Positions 29,256 through 36,221 of a DNA stretch of 64,000 nucleotides are shown in pieces. The first letter of the stretch is position 1; the number at the start of each line of letters is the position of its first letter. The notes under the pieces were generated by a model. It was not told the DNA's origin. It saw only the letters and a program-made list of their open reading frames with translations, and did no database searches. The DNA is from an uncultured Verrucomicrobiae bacterium (GTDB taxonomy: Bacteria > Verrucomicrobiota > Verrucomicrobiia > Chthoniobacterales > UBA10450), in NCBI GenBank assembly GCA_963803315.1, contig CAWDLY010000020.1, positions 136,426-200,425 of the forward strand. The letters are read 5' to 3'. The translations under genes and the position numbers were made by a program.

Positions 29256-29285
29256 AAAACGTTGTTCCGTACGGAACAACGTTTT
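29256..29285. promoter_or_regulatory. Operator-like palindrome P5, extended to 30 nt (AAAACGTTGTTCCGTACGGAACAACGTTTT)
   Basis: Perfect 30-nt palindrome containing the same 16-bp core (29263-29278). It could also act as a bidirectional hairpin terminator. Confidence 0.5.
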
Positions 29286-29480
29286 GCACATGCGATAGAG
29301 GGACCCACTCGTTCTTCCCCTTGTAGGCTGGTGGCGCTAATCTGGGGACTTTTGCCGGACATTGGCGCGGGAGAAGTTTGACGTGAGTTGAAAGAACTTC
29401 CCAGTCACACCAATAGGTCACACCGCTTCTTTCAACGTTTGAGAACAATGATCGACCACGAGGAGATTGCCCATCGCGAG

Positions 29481-30605
29481 TCACCCGATCTTTTTTCGGA
29501 ATCGCAGCGCGCAGACGCAGAAAAGCAAAATCGATATGCCGATAAGGATGACGAGGTGCTGCCAGTATTCGAATAAGTGTGCGCCGCGTAAGATGATCGC
29601 GCGCATGAGGGAAATGAAATAGGTCGCAGGCAGAATCGTGCTCAGGGCGTAGAAAATCGGCGGCATGGTTTCGCGCGGGAAGACGAAGCCGGAAAAGAAA
29701 ACGCTCGGCAACATGAAGACCATCGACATTTGCAAGGCCTGCATTTGGTTCTCGGCTTTGGTGGCGACGAGCAGGCCGAGACTGAGCAATGCGAATACGT
29801 AAACGAGCGTCGCGAACATCATCGCGATCACGCTTCCGTTAATCGGCACGCCAAACAGGAATCGCATGATCAGAAACAGGATCACGGCCATCATCATGCC
29901 GATGCAGAGATAGGGAACGAGTTTGCCGAGCATAAGTCCCCAACGGCTGAGTGGACTAACGAGTAATGTCTCGAGCGTTCCTTTCTCGCGTTCGCGCACG
30001 ACGGCCATGGCGGTGGCGAAGGTGGTGCCGATTTGCAGGACGATGCCGATCACGCCCGGGATGTAGAAGTTCGGGCTTTTCATCGCCGGGTTGTAAAGCA
30101 TTTGCGGGCGGATCTCGATCGGCACATCGCGTCTTCCGCTTTCGCGCAGGAGCGTTTCGATCGATTGCGTGAGACCGACGGCAAGCGCGGTGTTGAGCGC
30201 TTGGAGCGCAGTTGTGGAATTCGAACCGTCGATGAGCAATTGCACCTGAGCGGGATTTCCAGCACGCACATCGCGCGTGAAGGTCGGCGGAATCTCGAGT
30301 CCGACATAGGCGCGACCACCGCGAATCGCGCTTGCCAGTTCGTCGATGCTTCGCACTTCGCCGACGACGCGAAATGTTTCGGTGTTCACGAATCGATCGA
30401 TGAACTGCCGGCTCTCGACCGTGCGATCTTCGTTCAGGATCATCATCGCCATGTGTTTCACATCGGTGTCGAGCGCGTAACCGAACGCGATCATTTCCAC
30501 GAGGGGCGGGAAGAACATGAAGAACAACGTCATCGGATCGCGCCAGACGATGATGAATTCCTTGAACAAAATGGCGCTGAGGCCGCGGAAGGGAACGTGT
30601 TTCAT
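29481..30605 (-). CDS. ABC-2 type transporter permease (YbhS/YbhR-like)
   Basis: 374 aa with 6 TM segments and an ABC-2 membrane domain. It lies downstream of the ABC ATPase and the HlyD-like gene. Confidence 0.85.
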   Translation of the reverse strand: MKHVPFRGLSAILFKEFIIVWRDPMTLFFMFFPPLVEMIAFGYALDTDVKHMAMMILNEDRTVESRQFIDRFVNTETFRVVGEVRSIDELASAIRGGRAYVGLEIPPTFTRDVRAGNPAQVQLLIDGSNSTTALQALNTALAVGLTQSIETLLRESGRRDVPIEIRPQMLYNPAMKSPNFYIPGVIGIVLQIGTTFATAMAVVREREKGTLETLLVSPLSRWGLMLGKLVPYLCIGMMMAVILFLIMRFLFGVPINGSVIAMMFATLVYVFALLSLGLLVATKAENQMQALQMSMVFMLPSVFFSGFVFPRETMPPIFYALSTILPATYFISLMRAIILRGAHLFEYWQHLVILIGISILLFCVCALRFRKKIG

Positions 30606-30625
30606 AGGAGGGCACTCTCCATATC

Positions 30626-30997
30626 TGTCATCCCGAGGTCGCCGCGGCGACCGAGGGACCTCGCGATTCCTGATAAAGCATCGTCGAAAGGTCAGCCCAC
30701 TTCGGATTTAATGTTCCAATCAATGCGTTTTTCTTGCTTCGACGCCAGCCTTTGATTTCTTTTTCGCGCGATATCGCATCGCGCGGATCGTCGTAGCTCT
30801 CGTAGTACACGAGACGATCAACGCGATACTTTTTTGTAAAGCCATCACGCGTGTGGTTCCTATGCTGCCAGACACGAACTTCGAGGCTATTTGTGATGCC
30901 GGTATACAGAACTACACGACTCTTGTTCGTCATCATATAGACATAGAATGTTTTCACTGATTCGTGAGGTCCTTCGCTTCGCTCAGGATGACATATC
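30626..30997 (-). mobile_element. GIY-YIG gene flanked by the two arms of the family-A palindromic repeat
   Basis: Left arm: GTCATCCCGAGGTCGCCGCGGCGACCGAGGGACCTCGCGA (30628-30667). Right arm: TCGTGAGGTCCTTCGCTTCGCTCAGGATGAC (30962-30992). The arms are mutually inverted, matching the solo elements at 5817, 47208 and 3382. Confidence 0.6.
30628..30957 (-). CDS. GIY-YIG nuclease family protein (small, URI-domain only)
   Basis: 109 aa: FYVYMMTNKSRVVLYTGITNSLEVRVWQHRN...GFTKKYRVDRLVYYESYDDPRDAISREKEIKGWRRSKK. The C-terminal tail is encoded by the repeat arm. Confidence 0.8.
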   Translation of the reverse strand: MKTFYVYMMTNKSRVVLYTGITNSLEVRVWQHRNHTRDGFTKKYRVDRLVYYESYDDPRDAISREKEIKGWRRSKKNALIGTLNPKWADLSTMLYQESRGPSVAAATSG

Positions 30998-31003
30998 TTT
31001 TGA

Positions 31004-31972
31004 TCATGCTGCTTTCTTTTGTTCGGTCGCGTGTTTCTCGCTCAAGGTGACGAAAACGTCTTCGAGCGACGGCCCGATCTCGTGAATGTCACTGTGAGTA
31101 ATGCCGACTTCGCGCAATCGATTATCGATCCTTTCCCGCGTGACCGACTCATCGACCAACAGGTGCATCGATTGACCAAAGACGGTGGCGGTCCGCACGC
31201 CATCGAGTTGGCGCATCGCTTGTAGCGCCCTCGTCACGTGATCACATGTGACGTCCAGGCGACGGGTGCCCGGCGGGCTCACCTCCGGCATCTGTTTCAG
31301 ATCATCCGGTTCGCCGCATGCGATCAACTTCGACATATATATGTAGCCGACGTGGTCGCAGCGTTCGGCCTCATCCATGTAATGCGTCGTGACGAAGAGC
31401 GTCATCCCTTGTCCCGCGAATTCGAAGAGCAGATCCCATAACTCCCGACGCGCGACCGGATCGATGCCGGCCGTCGGTTCGTCGAGGAACAACACGGTTG
31501 GTTTGTGCATGAGCGAGCAGGCCATCGCGAGTCGTTGCCGCCAACCGCCGGAAAGTAATGCGGCGCGGCGGTCGAGGTACGGTTCGAGATGCGTGAGAGC
31601 GATCAGTTCGTCGCGTCGCTGAGTCAACGCGCGGCCTTTCAGGCCGTAAAGTTTTCCGGCGAAGAGCAGGTTCTCGTTCGTCGTCAGTTCGTCGTAGAGC
31701 GAAAACTTCTGCGACATGTAGCCAATCATCTCTTTGATGTCGTCACCTTCCTTGATGATGTCGTGCCCGCCGATGCGCGCGGTGCCTTCGCTCGGCTCAA
31801 GTATTCCGCAGAGCATCCGGATCACCGTCGATTTCCCGGAGCCGTTCGGTCCGAGAAATCCGAAAATGGAACCTTTGCCGACCGAAAACGAAACATGATC
31901 CACGGCCGTGAACGTGCCGAAACGTTTCGTTAGGCCGTCGCATTCGATCATGGCGTCAGCGTTTGTTGTCAT
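31004..31972 (-). CDS. ABC transporter ATP-binding protein
   Basis: Walker A GPNGSGKST, signature LSGGWRQR, Walker B LFLDEPTAGID. The true start may be the second Met (MIECDGLTKRFG, ~31951), because ATG 31972 lies in a repeat arm. Confidence 0.85.
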   Translation of the reverse strand: MTTNADAMIECDGLTKRFGTFTAVDHVSFSVGKGSIFGFLGPNGSGKSTVIRMLCGILEPSEGTARIGGHDIIKEGDDIKEMIGYMSQKFSLYDELTTNENLLFAGKLYGLKGRALTQRRDELIALTHLEPYLDRRAALLSGGWRQRLAMACSLMHKPTVLFLDEPTAGIDPVARRELWDLLFEFAGQGMTLFVTTHYMDEAERCDHVGYIYMSKLIACGEPDDLKQMPEVSPPGTRRLDVTCDHVTRALQAMRQLDGVRTATVFGQSMHLLVDESVTRERIDNRLREVGITHSDIHEIGPSLEDVFVTLSEKHATEQKKAA

Positions 31973-32079
31973 CTCGAGCGAAGCGGAACGAAGTGGAGCG
32001 CAGTCGAGAGATCTCTCATCGTTGTCGGAAAACTGGGTGGATCCACAGTAAGAGATTCCTGGACTTCGCTCGGAATGAC
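31968..32079. repeat. Palindromic MITE-like repeat (family B)
   Basis: GTCATCTCGAGCGAAGCGGAACGAAGTGGAGCGCAGTCGAGAGATCTCTC ... GAGATTCCTGGACTTCGCTCGGAATGAC, between the HlyD-like and ATPase genes. Confidence 0.8.
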
Positions 32080-32091
32080 ATAATGGCCTTT

Positions 32092-32178
32092 CTTCTTCCT
32101 CTTCCGCTTCCTCTTAGTCTGAATCTCTTTCTTGCAGCCAGTTCCTAAGAAGATTCAGAGGAAGCGGAAGAGGAAGAG
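32092..32178. repeat. Long perfect-stem hairpin (TTCTTCCTCTTCCGCTTCCTCT..TGAATCT / AGATTCAGAGGAAGCGGAAGAGGAAGAG)
   Basis: Inverted arms of ~28 nt around a ~25-nt loop, adjacent to the family-B repeat inside the operon spacer. Confidence 0.7.
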
Positions 32179-32186
32179 AACAAAAG

Positions 32187-33071
32187 TCAGGATTTAACAT
32201 TCGGGAAATAAGCATCGGCCGACATGCCGGCGCGTAACCGGTCGTCGTTATTCGGCAGCCGAATTTTTACGCCAAAGACCTGGCGAATGCGGTCCGCGAC
32301 GGTTTGCACGTTGCGCGGAGTAAATTCCGCCTGGCGATTTATCTGCTCGACCACGCCATCGAAATCCTTGTCGGGAAAAGAATCGACACGGACGCGAACG
32401 TGCTCGCCAACCTTGATCAAACCGAGCCACGGTTCCGGCACGAAAACACGGACCCAGAGATGCCCCGTTAAGAGCAAAGTCGCCACTTCGCGATTTGCCG
32501 GAAGCACGTCACCCACCTTCACGCTCAAGACTTCAAGGACCGAAGCGGTCGGCGCCGTCACTTGCATTTCGGCAAGCTGCGCATCGACATCGGCAAGCTG
32601 CGCGCGCGCCTGGACGACGCGCGTCTTTGCCGCCTCGACATTTTTTTCCTGGGCTTTGGCTGCGCTGACAGCGCGCTCGGTGTCGTTAGGCGAAACTACT
32701 TTGCGTTTGAGCAGATCCTGCTGGCGCTTCGCGTCGTCGCGCAGAAATTCGAGCTGTGCCTGTTGCGCAGAGACATCGTGGATGGCGGTATCAATTTGGG
32801 CAGCGGCAAGATCGCGTCGCGCGAGAAGCTCGGTCGCTTCCAACTGCACAATCGGCTGTCCGGCACGCAGCTTGTCCCCTTCCCATGCGAAAATTTTCTC
32901 GACGCGGCCGCCGCTGCGCGGGCCAACGTGCACTTCGTCTACTTCGATTGTGCCCGAGACGGCGTTATCGTGCTTCTGACAACTCGATAACGCCATCGCC
33001 GAAACCATGAACACGAGCGAGCAAAGCCATTTGCAAATTCCGAGTCGATAACTAGAGGAATTCATCACCAT
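32187..33071 (-). CDS. HlyD-family periplasmic adaptor lipoprotein (YbhG-like)
   Basis: 294 aa with a lipobox (AMALSSC), a coiled-coil hairpin, and a barrel-sandwich motif (AGQPIVQLE...VTAPTASVLEV). It is the first gene of the ABC-2 exporter operon. Confidence 0.8.
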   Translation of the reverse strand: MVMNSSSYRLGICKWLCSLVFMVSAMALSSCQKHDNAVSGTIEVDEVHVGPRSGGRVEKIFAWEGDKLRAGQPIVQLEATELLARRDLAAAQIDTAIHDVSAQQAQLEFLRDDAKRQQDLLKRKVVSPNDTERAVSAAKAQEKNVEAAKTRVVQARAQLADVDAQLAEMQVTAPTASVLEVLSVKVGDVLPANREVATLLLTGHLWVRVFVPEPWLGLIKVGEHVRVRVDSFPDKDFDGVVEQINRQAEFTPRNVQTVADRIRQVFGVKIRLPNNDDRLRAGMSADAYFPNVKS

Positions 33072-33483
33072 GGCGGGCTACTCTGGAACTCCACTGCCCC
33101 AGAAACTGGGGATCAAATCGGGAATGCGTGTCATTGCCATCGGCGCCCCGGAAAATTACCGAGCGCTTCTGGGCAAGCTTCCCGATGATGTAGCTTTTTC
33201 AAATCGGCCGCACCTTGGCGCGCAATTTATCCACTTCTTTGTCAAACGTCGAAGTGATTTGGAGAAGCAGTTGCCGCGTCTGCTCAAGAGACTTGCCGAC
33301 GACGGAACGCTTTGGATCTCATGGCCCAAGAAATCGTCGCGCGTGGCGAGCGACGTGACCGAAGATGTGATTCGCGCGGTTGCATTGCCGCTCGGTTTGG
33401 TCGACGTGAAAGTTTGCGCAGTCGACGAGACGTGGTCGGGACTGAAATTCATGATTCGGAGGGAACGAAGGTTAAAAAAATGA
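33070..33483 (+). CDS. DUF3052 domain protein
   Basis: 137 aa: MAGYSGTPLPQKLGIKSGMRVIAIGAPENY...LWISWPKKSS...DVKVCAVDETWSGLKF. Confidence 0.7.
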   Translation: MAGYSGTPLPQKLGIKSGMRVIAIGAPENYRALLGKLPDDVAFSNRPHLGAQFIHFFVKRRSDLEKQLPRLLKRLADDGTLWISWPKKSSRVASDVTEDVIRAVALPLGLVDVKVCAVDETWSGLKFMIRRERRLKK

Positions 33484-33884
33484 AGAGAAGACGATTCGAT
33501 CATATCGATCTGCGCGTAAAAGACCGCGCCGCAGCGCAAAAGTTCTACGAAAACATTTTGCCCGCGCTTGGATTTACATTGGAAAAGTCGGATCGAGAAT
33601 GGGGCACGTTTTATGCAGAAACCGATGGAGTGCCGACGGAATTTTTTGGTTTCACCGAAGACAAGAATCATCAGCCTAACGAAACGCGCATCGCGTTCTG
33701 GGCCGACACGCGCGACGAAGTAAACCAGATAGCCGAGGTTGTGCGCCAGGCCGGCGGAGGCAATCTCGAAGGACCGCAGATCTGGCCGGAATACACGGCC
33801 GGTTACTACGCGTTATTTTTCGAGGACCCCGATGGAAACAAATTGGAAGTGTGCTGCCGGCAAACTGCGCTCGGAACGAAATGA
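33480..33884 (+). CDS. VOC (glyoxalase/bleomycin-resistance fold) family protein
   Basis: FDHIDLRVKD...FFEDPDGNKLEV. The start overlaps the preceding stop. Confidence 0.75.
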   Translation: MKRRRFDHIDLRVKDRAAAQKFYENILPALGFTLEKSDREWGTFYAETDGVPTEFFGFTEDKNHQPNETRIAFWADTRDEVNQIAEVVRQAGGGNLEGPQIWPEYTAGYYALFFEDPDGNKLEVCCRQTALGTK

Positions 33885-34444
33885 GTTCCGTTCAAGAATT
33901 GCCGAAAGCCGAGACGAAACATGTTCCCGCGATCTTGTCTCAGCCTCGACGCGTTCGATTTCTCAAGCTGATCGCGATCTTTAAAATTTTGCAGGGGACT
34001 CTTTTGCTTGCGGCCGGATTCTCCCTTTTCTTTTTGAACAGCCGGACTCTCTGGCTGGACCAAATCTCCGAGTGGGCGGATGATGAATTGCTGCTGCATC
34101 ACAGCCGGGCTGTCTTGTATCTGCTCAACAAGTTGCAGGACGTGCTCGCGGAAGGGCAGCTGCGCGCGACCGGTTTGCTCGCTTTCTTTTATGCCGCGGT
34201 TTTATTTACGGAAGGTTTCGGCGTTTATTTTCAGAAACGCTGGGCGGAATTCCTGATGGTTTTTGCGACGGGGGCATTGATCCCATTGGAAATTCGCCAT
34301 ATCTGGTATCGGCCGAGCGCGGCCGCGATAATCACCCTCGTGGTGAATTGCTTTATTGTCTGGTTCTTATATCGCATCCTGCGGCGTGATGCCGAAAAAC
34401 GGCGACACCCCGACTCGCAACCGGAAGTCGCGCCCCTCAGTTAA
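33881..34444 (+). CDS. DUF2127 membrane protein
   Basis: ATGA overlap with the VOC gene. Four TM segments. KLIAIFKILQGTLLLAAG ... EFLMVFATGALIPLEI, typical of DUF2127. Confidence 0.65.
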   Translation: MSSVQELPKAETKHVPAILSQPRRVRFLKLIAIFKILQGTLLLAAGFSLFFLNSRTLWLDQISEWADDELLLHHSRAVLYLLNKLQDVLAEGQLRATGLLAFFYAAVLFTEGFGVYFQKRWAEFLMVFATGALIPLEIRHIWYRPSAAAIITLVVNCFIVWFLYRILRRDAEKRRHPDSQPEVAPLS

Positions 34445-35037
34445 GATGACGCCGGTTCAATCCCGAAACGTCGTAATTCCACCGTTGTCCTCTCCATCGG
34501 TAACCCGACAACGTTGGTAAACGATCCATCGATCGCTTCGATAATCTCGAAACCAGCACCCTGTGCTGCGTAAGCTCCTGCTTTATCCAACGGATTAATT
34601 TTGGTCAGATAAGTTGCAATCATATTACTCGTTAGGCGACGGAATCGCACCAGCGAGAACTCACAGAAGTTCGAGACGCGGGTTCTTGCGAGCTGGCAGA
34701 TGAAGACTGCGGTGCAAACAGTGTGAGTACGACCGCTCAGGCGCCGGAGAGTCTTAGCTGCCTCCTTCATATCGGCCGGCTTGCCAATAATCTCGTGGTC
34801 GATCGCGACCAGCGTATCCGCGGCCAGGACCACCTCCTGGCGATGCGCTCGCGCGGCAAAAAGCCCTTTGCGCGATGCGTTGTAGAGGGCGAGTTCGCCG
34901 AGACTTAAATTGCGGTCTAACCGCTCCGTCACAGCGGCGCGCGCGATTTCAAACTTGAACCCGGCTGCGGCAAGCAATTCACGCCGCCGCGGTGACGCGG
35001 AAGCCAGGACCAAATTTGTCGCCACGTTGCGCGACAA
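34441..35037 (-). CDS. maf: Maf-like nucleoside triphosphate pyrophosphatase
   Basis: LVLASASPRRRELL...ADTLVAIDHEIIGKP...KAGAYAAQG. Confidence 0.85.
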   Translation of the reverse strand: MSRNVATNLVLASASPRRRELLAAAGFKFEIARAAVTERLDRNLSLGELALYNASRKGLFAARAHRQEVVLAADTLVAIDHEIIGKPADMKEAAKTLRRLSGRTHTVCTAVFICQLARTRVSNFCEFSLVRFRRLTSNMIATYLTKINPLDKAGAYAAQGAGFEIIEAIDGSFTNVVGLPMERTTVELRRFGIEPASS

Positions 35038-35039
35038 AT

Positions 35040-35732
35040 TTACGGCGTCGGAATGGGAGACGCTGTCCTGGGCCGGCCCAGAATGTCGGGCATATTCATC
35101 TCCTTGTAATCGGCCGGCACCGCGAATTCACTATCGCTCAGGGCATCTTGTTTGACTGAGCTAAGCGTCGTGGTGACTGCGTTGCCATTTACGGAGACGA
35201 CCGTCTTCACCGGCACACCCGGGAAATCGCGATAATCCGGCATCTGATTATTTGGTCCACTCAAAGCATCCATCTTTATTGCCTGAAGCTGCTTAAGGAT
35301 TGCGGGGCCGTCGGGATAGTTGGTGGCGATCCAATAGGTCGCTTTGAAACGCGGCGCATCGCAGGTGTACTGTTCGGTTTGATAGCCGTTGAGCGTTTCT
35401 TTCTTTCCGGTCGCGACAATCTTCGGTTTCTCCGCGCCCTCTTTCTGCCCCTGGGATTTTCCCATCATGGCGGCGGCAGCTTTGATTTTATCGGCAGACG
35501 TGCGAACAGCCAGTTTCTGGTCGCGCATGAGATTGATCATCTCGCCTGTTTTGGCATTGAAAATCATGGTCATTTGCGGAGAGGCCTCGATACGGGCCTT
35601 ATCGCCCTTAATTTTCATGGTCATTTGCGTAATGGGACCAATCCCTTCGACGCTTTGCACGAGAGTGAGATCGCCAAATGCGGCGGTGACCAATGCGGCA
35701 TAAAGGCCGAAGACAAGGCAGTAAAGTTTCAT
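35040..35732 (-). CDS. Secreted DUF4412-like protein
   Basis: 230 aa with a signal peptide. The family call is from memory of the GxxTMKIKGDKARIE-type pattern. Confidence 0.5.
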   Translation of the reverse strand: MKLYCLVFGLYAALVTAAFGDLTLVQSVEGIGPITQMTMKIKGDKARIEASPQMTMIFNAKTGEMINLMRDQKLAVRTSADKIKAAAAMMGKSQGQKEGAEKPKIVATGKKETLNGYQTEQYTCDAPRFKATYWIATNYPDGPAILKQLQAIKMDALSGPNNQMPDYRDFPGVPVKTVVSVNGNAVTTTLSSVKQDALSDSEFAVPADYKEMNMPDILGRPRTASPIPTP

Positions 35733-35859
35733 GGAAAGTTGCTAATCTCCCTTCCGCAAAAAGCAAGCGCCTAACGAAAAGAGGTTGCCTCAGCGTAACC
35801 CCGGTTCCGCGGGAAAATCCGCTTGGCTTTCACGCATCTTCGCGCCAGCTTAGCGGCGC

Positions 35860-35930
35860 GCGGGCATAGCTTAATGGTAAAGTTCCAGCCTTCCAAGCTG
35901 GCCATGCGGGTTCGATTCCCGCTGCCCGCT
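35860..35930 (+). tRNA. tRNA-Gly (anticodon TCC)
   Basis: Acceptor GCGGGCA/TGCCCGC, anticodon stem CCAGC/GCTGG with loop CTTCCAA, T-arm GCGGG-TTCGATT-CCCGC. No CCA is encoded. Confidence 0.9.
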
Positions 35931-36221
35931 TACGGAAATGCGGCCTTTCCAGCTGGCTGCCCGGCAATTTACAGAAAAAAATCGTCCGCCGGGCATGTAG
36001 ATCGCTGAAACAAAGCCAGCGCGGCAGCACCAGCGCCGTCCACGACTCGCGCGGCACCGGAAAAACGATGAACGAACAAAATCTCGCCGGCAAAAACCGA
36101 ACGCCTGAGGCGGACCTCAGAAAAAGATTGCCCTTTTTCGACGACCTCTTACTCTTCGGACGCTTGGGCAAAACACTTGCGAAACCACCTCAAAGTGTGT
36201 TTGGAATATCTGCTGGGGCAT

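Noticed and set aside
13661-29285. The TGTTCCGTACGGAACA palindromes as plain rho-independent terminators, or as LexA boxes
   Set aside because: Three of the five lie upstream of genes or promoter-like motifs rather than after stops, and most lack a T tract. Their spacing is N6, not the N4 of the boxes at lexA. A terminator role remains possible only for P4 and P5.
12606-29480. Integrase, transposase, conjugation or phage genes that would explain the accessory segment
   Set aside because: I read all six frames of the segment and found only the secreted proteins, sigma, kinases, receptors and the PaaX-like regulator. No recombinase-like motifs were recognised, so mobility remains inferred from the flanking repeats alone.
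33063-33072. Divergent start codons of the HlyD-like and DUF3052 genes overlapping or only ~4 nt apart
   Set aside because: Curious, but start assignments are uncertain. The lipoprotein leader can start at ATG 33065, and promoters may lie inside the neighbouring ORFs. There is no further signal to pursue.
35931-36221. A small RNA or integration site next to tRNA-Gly
   Set aside because: There is no direct repeat of the tRNA 3' end, no recombinase and no conserved structure that I could recognise. It is treated as an ordinary spacer.
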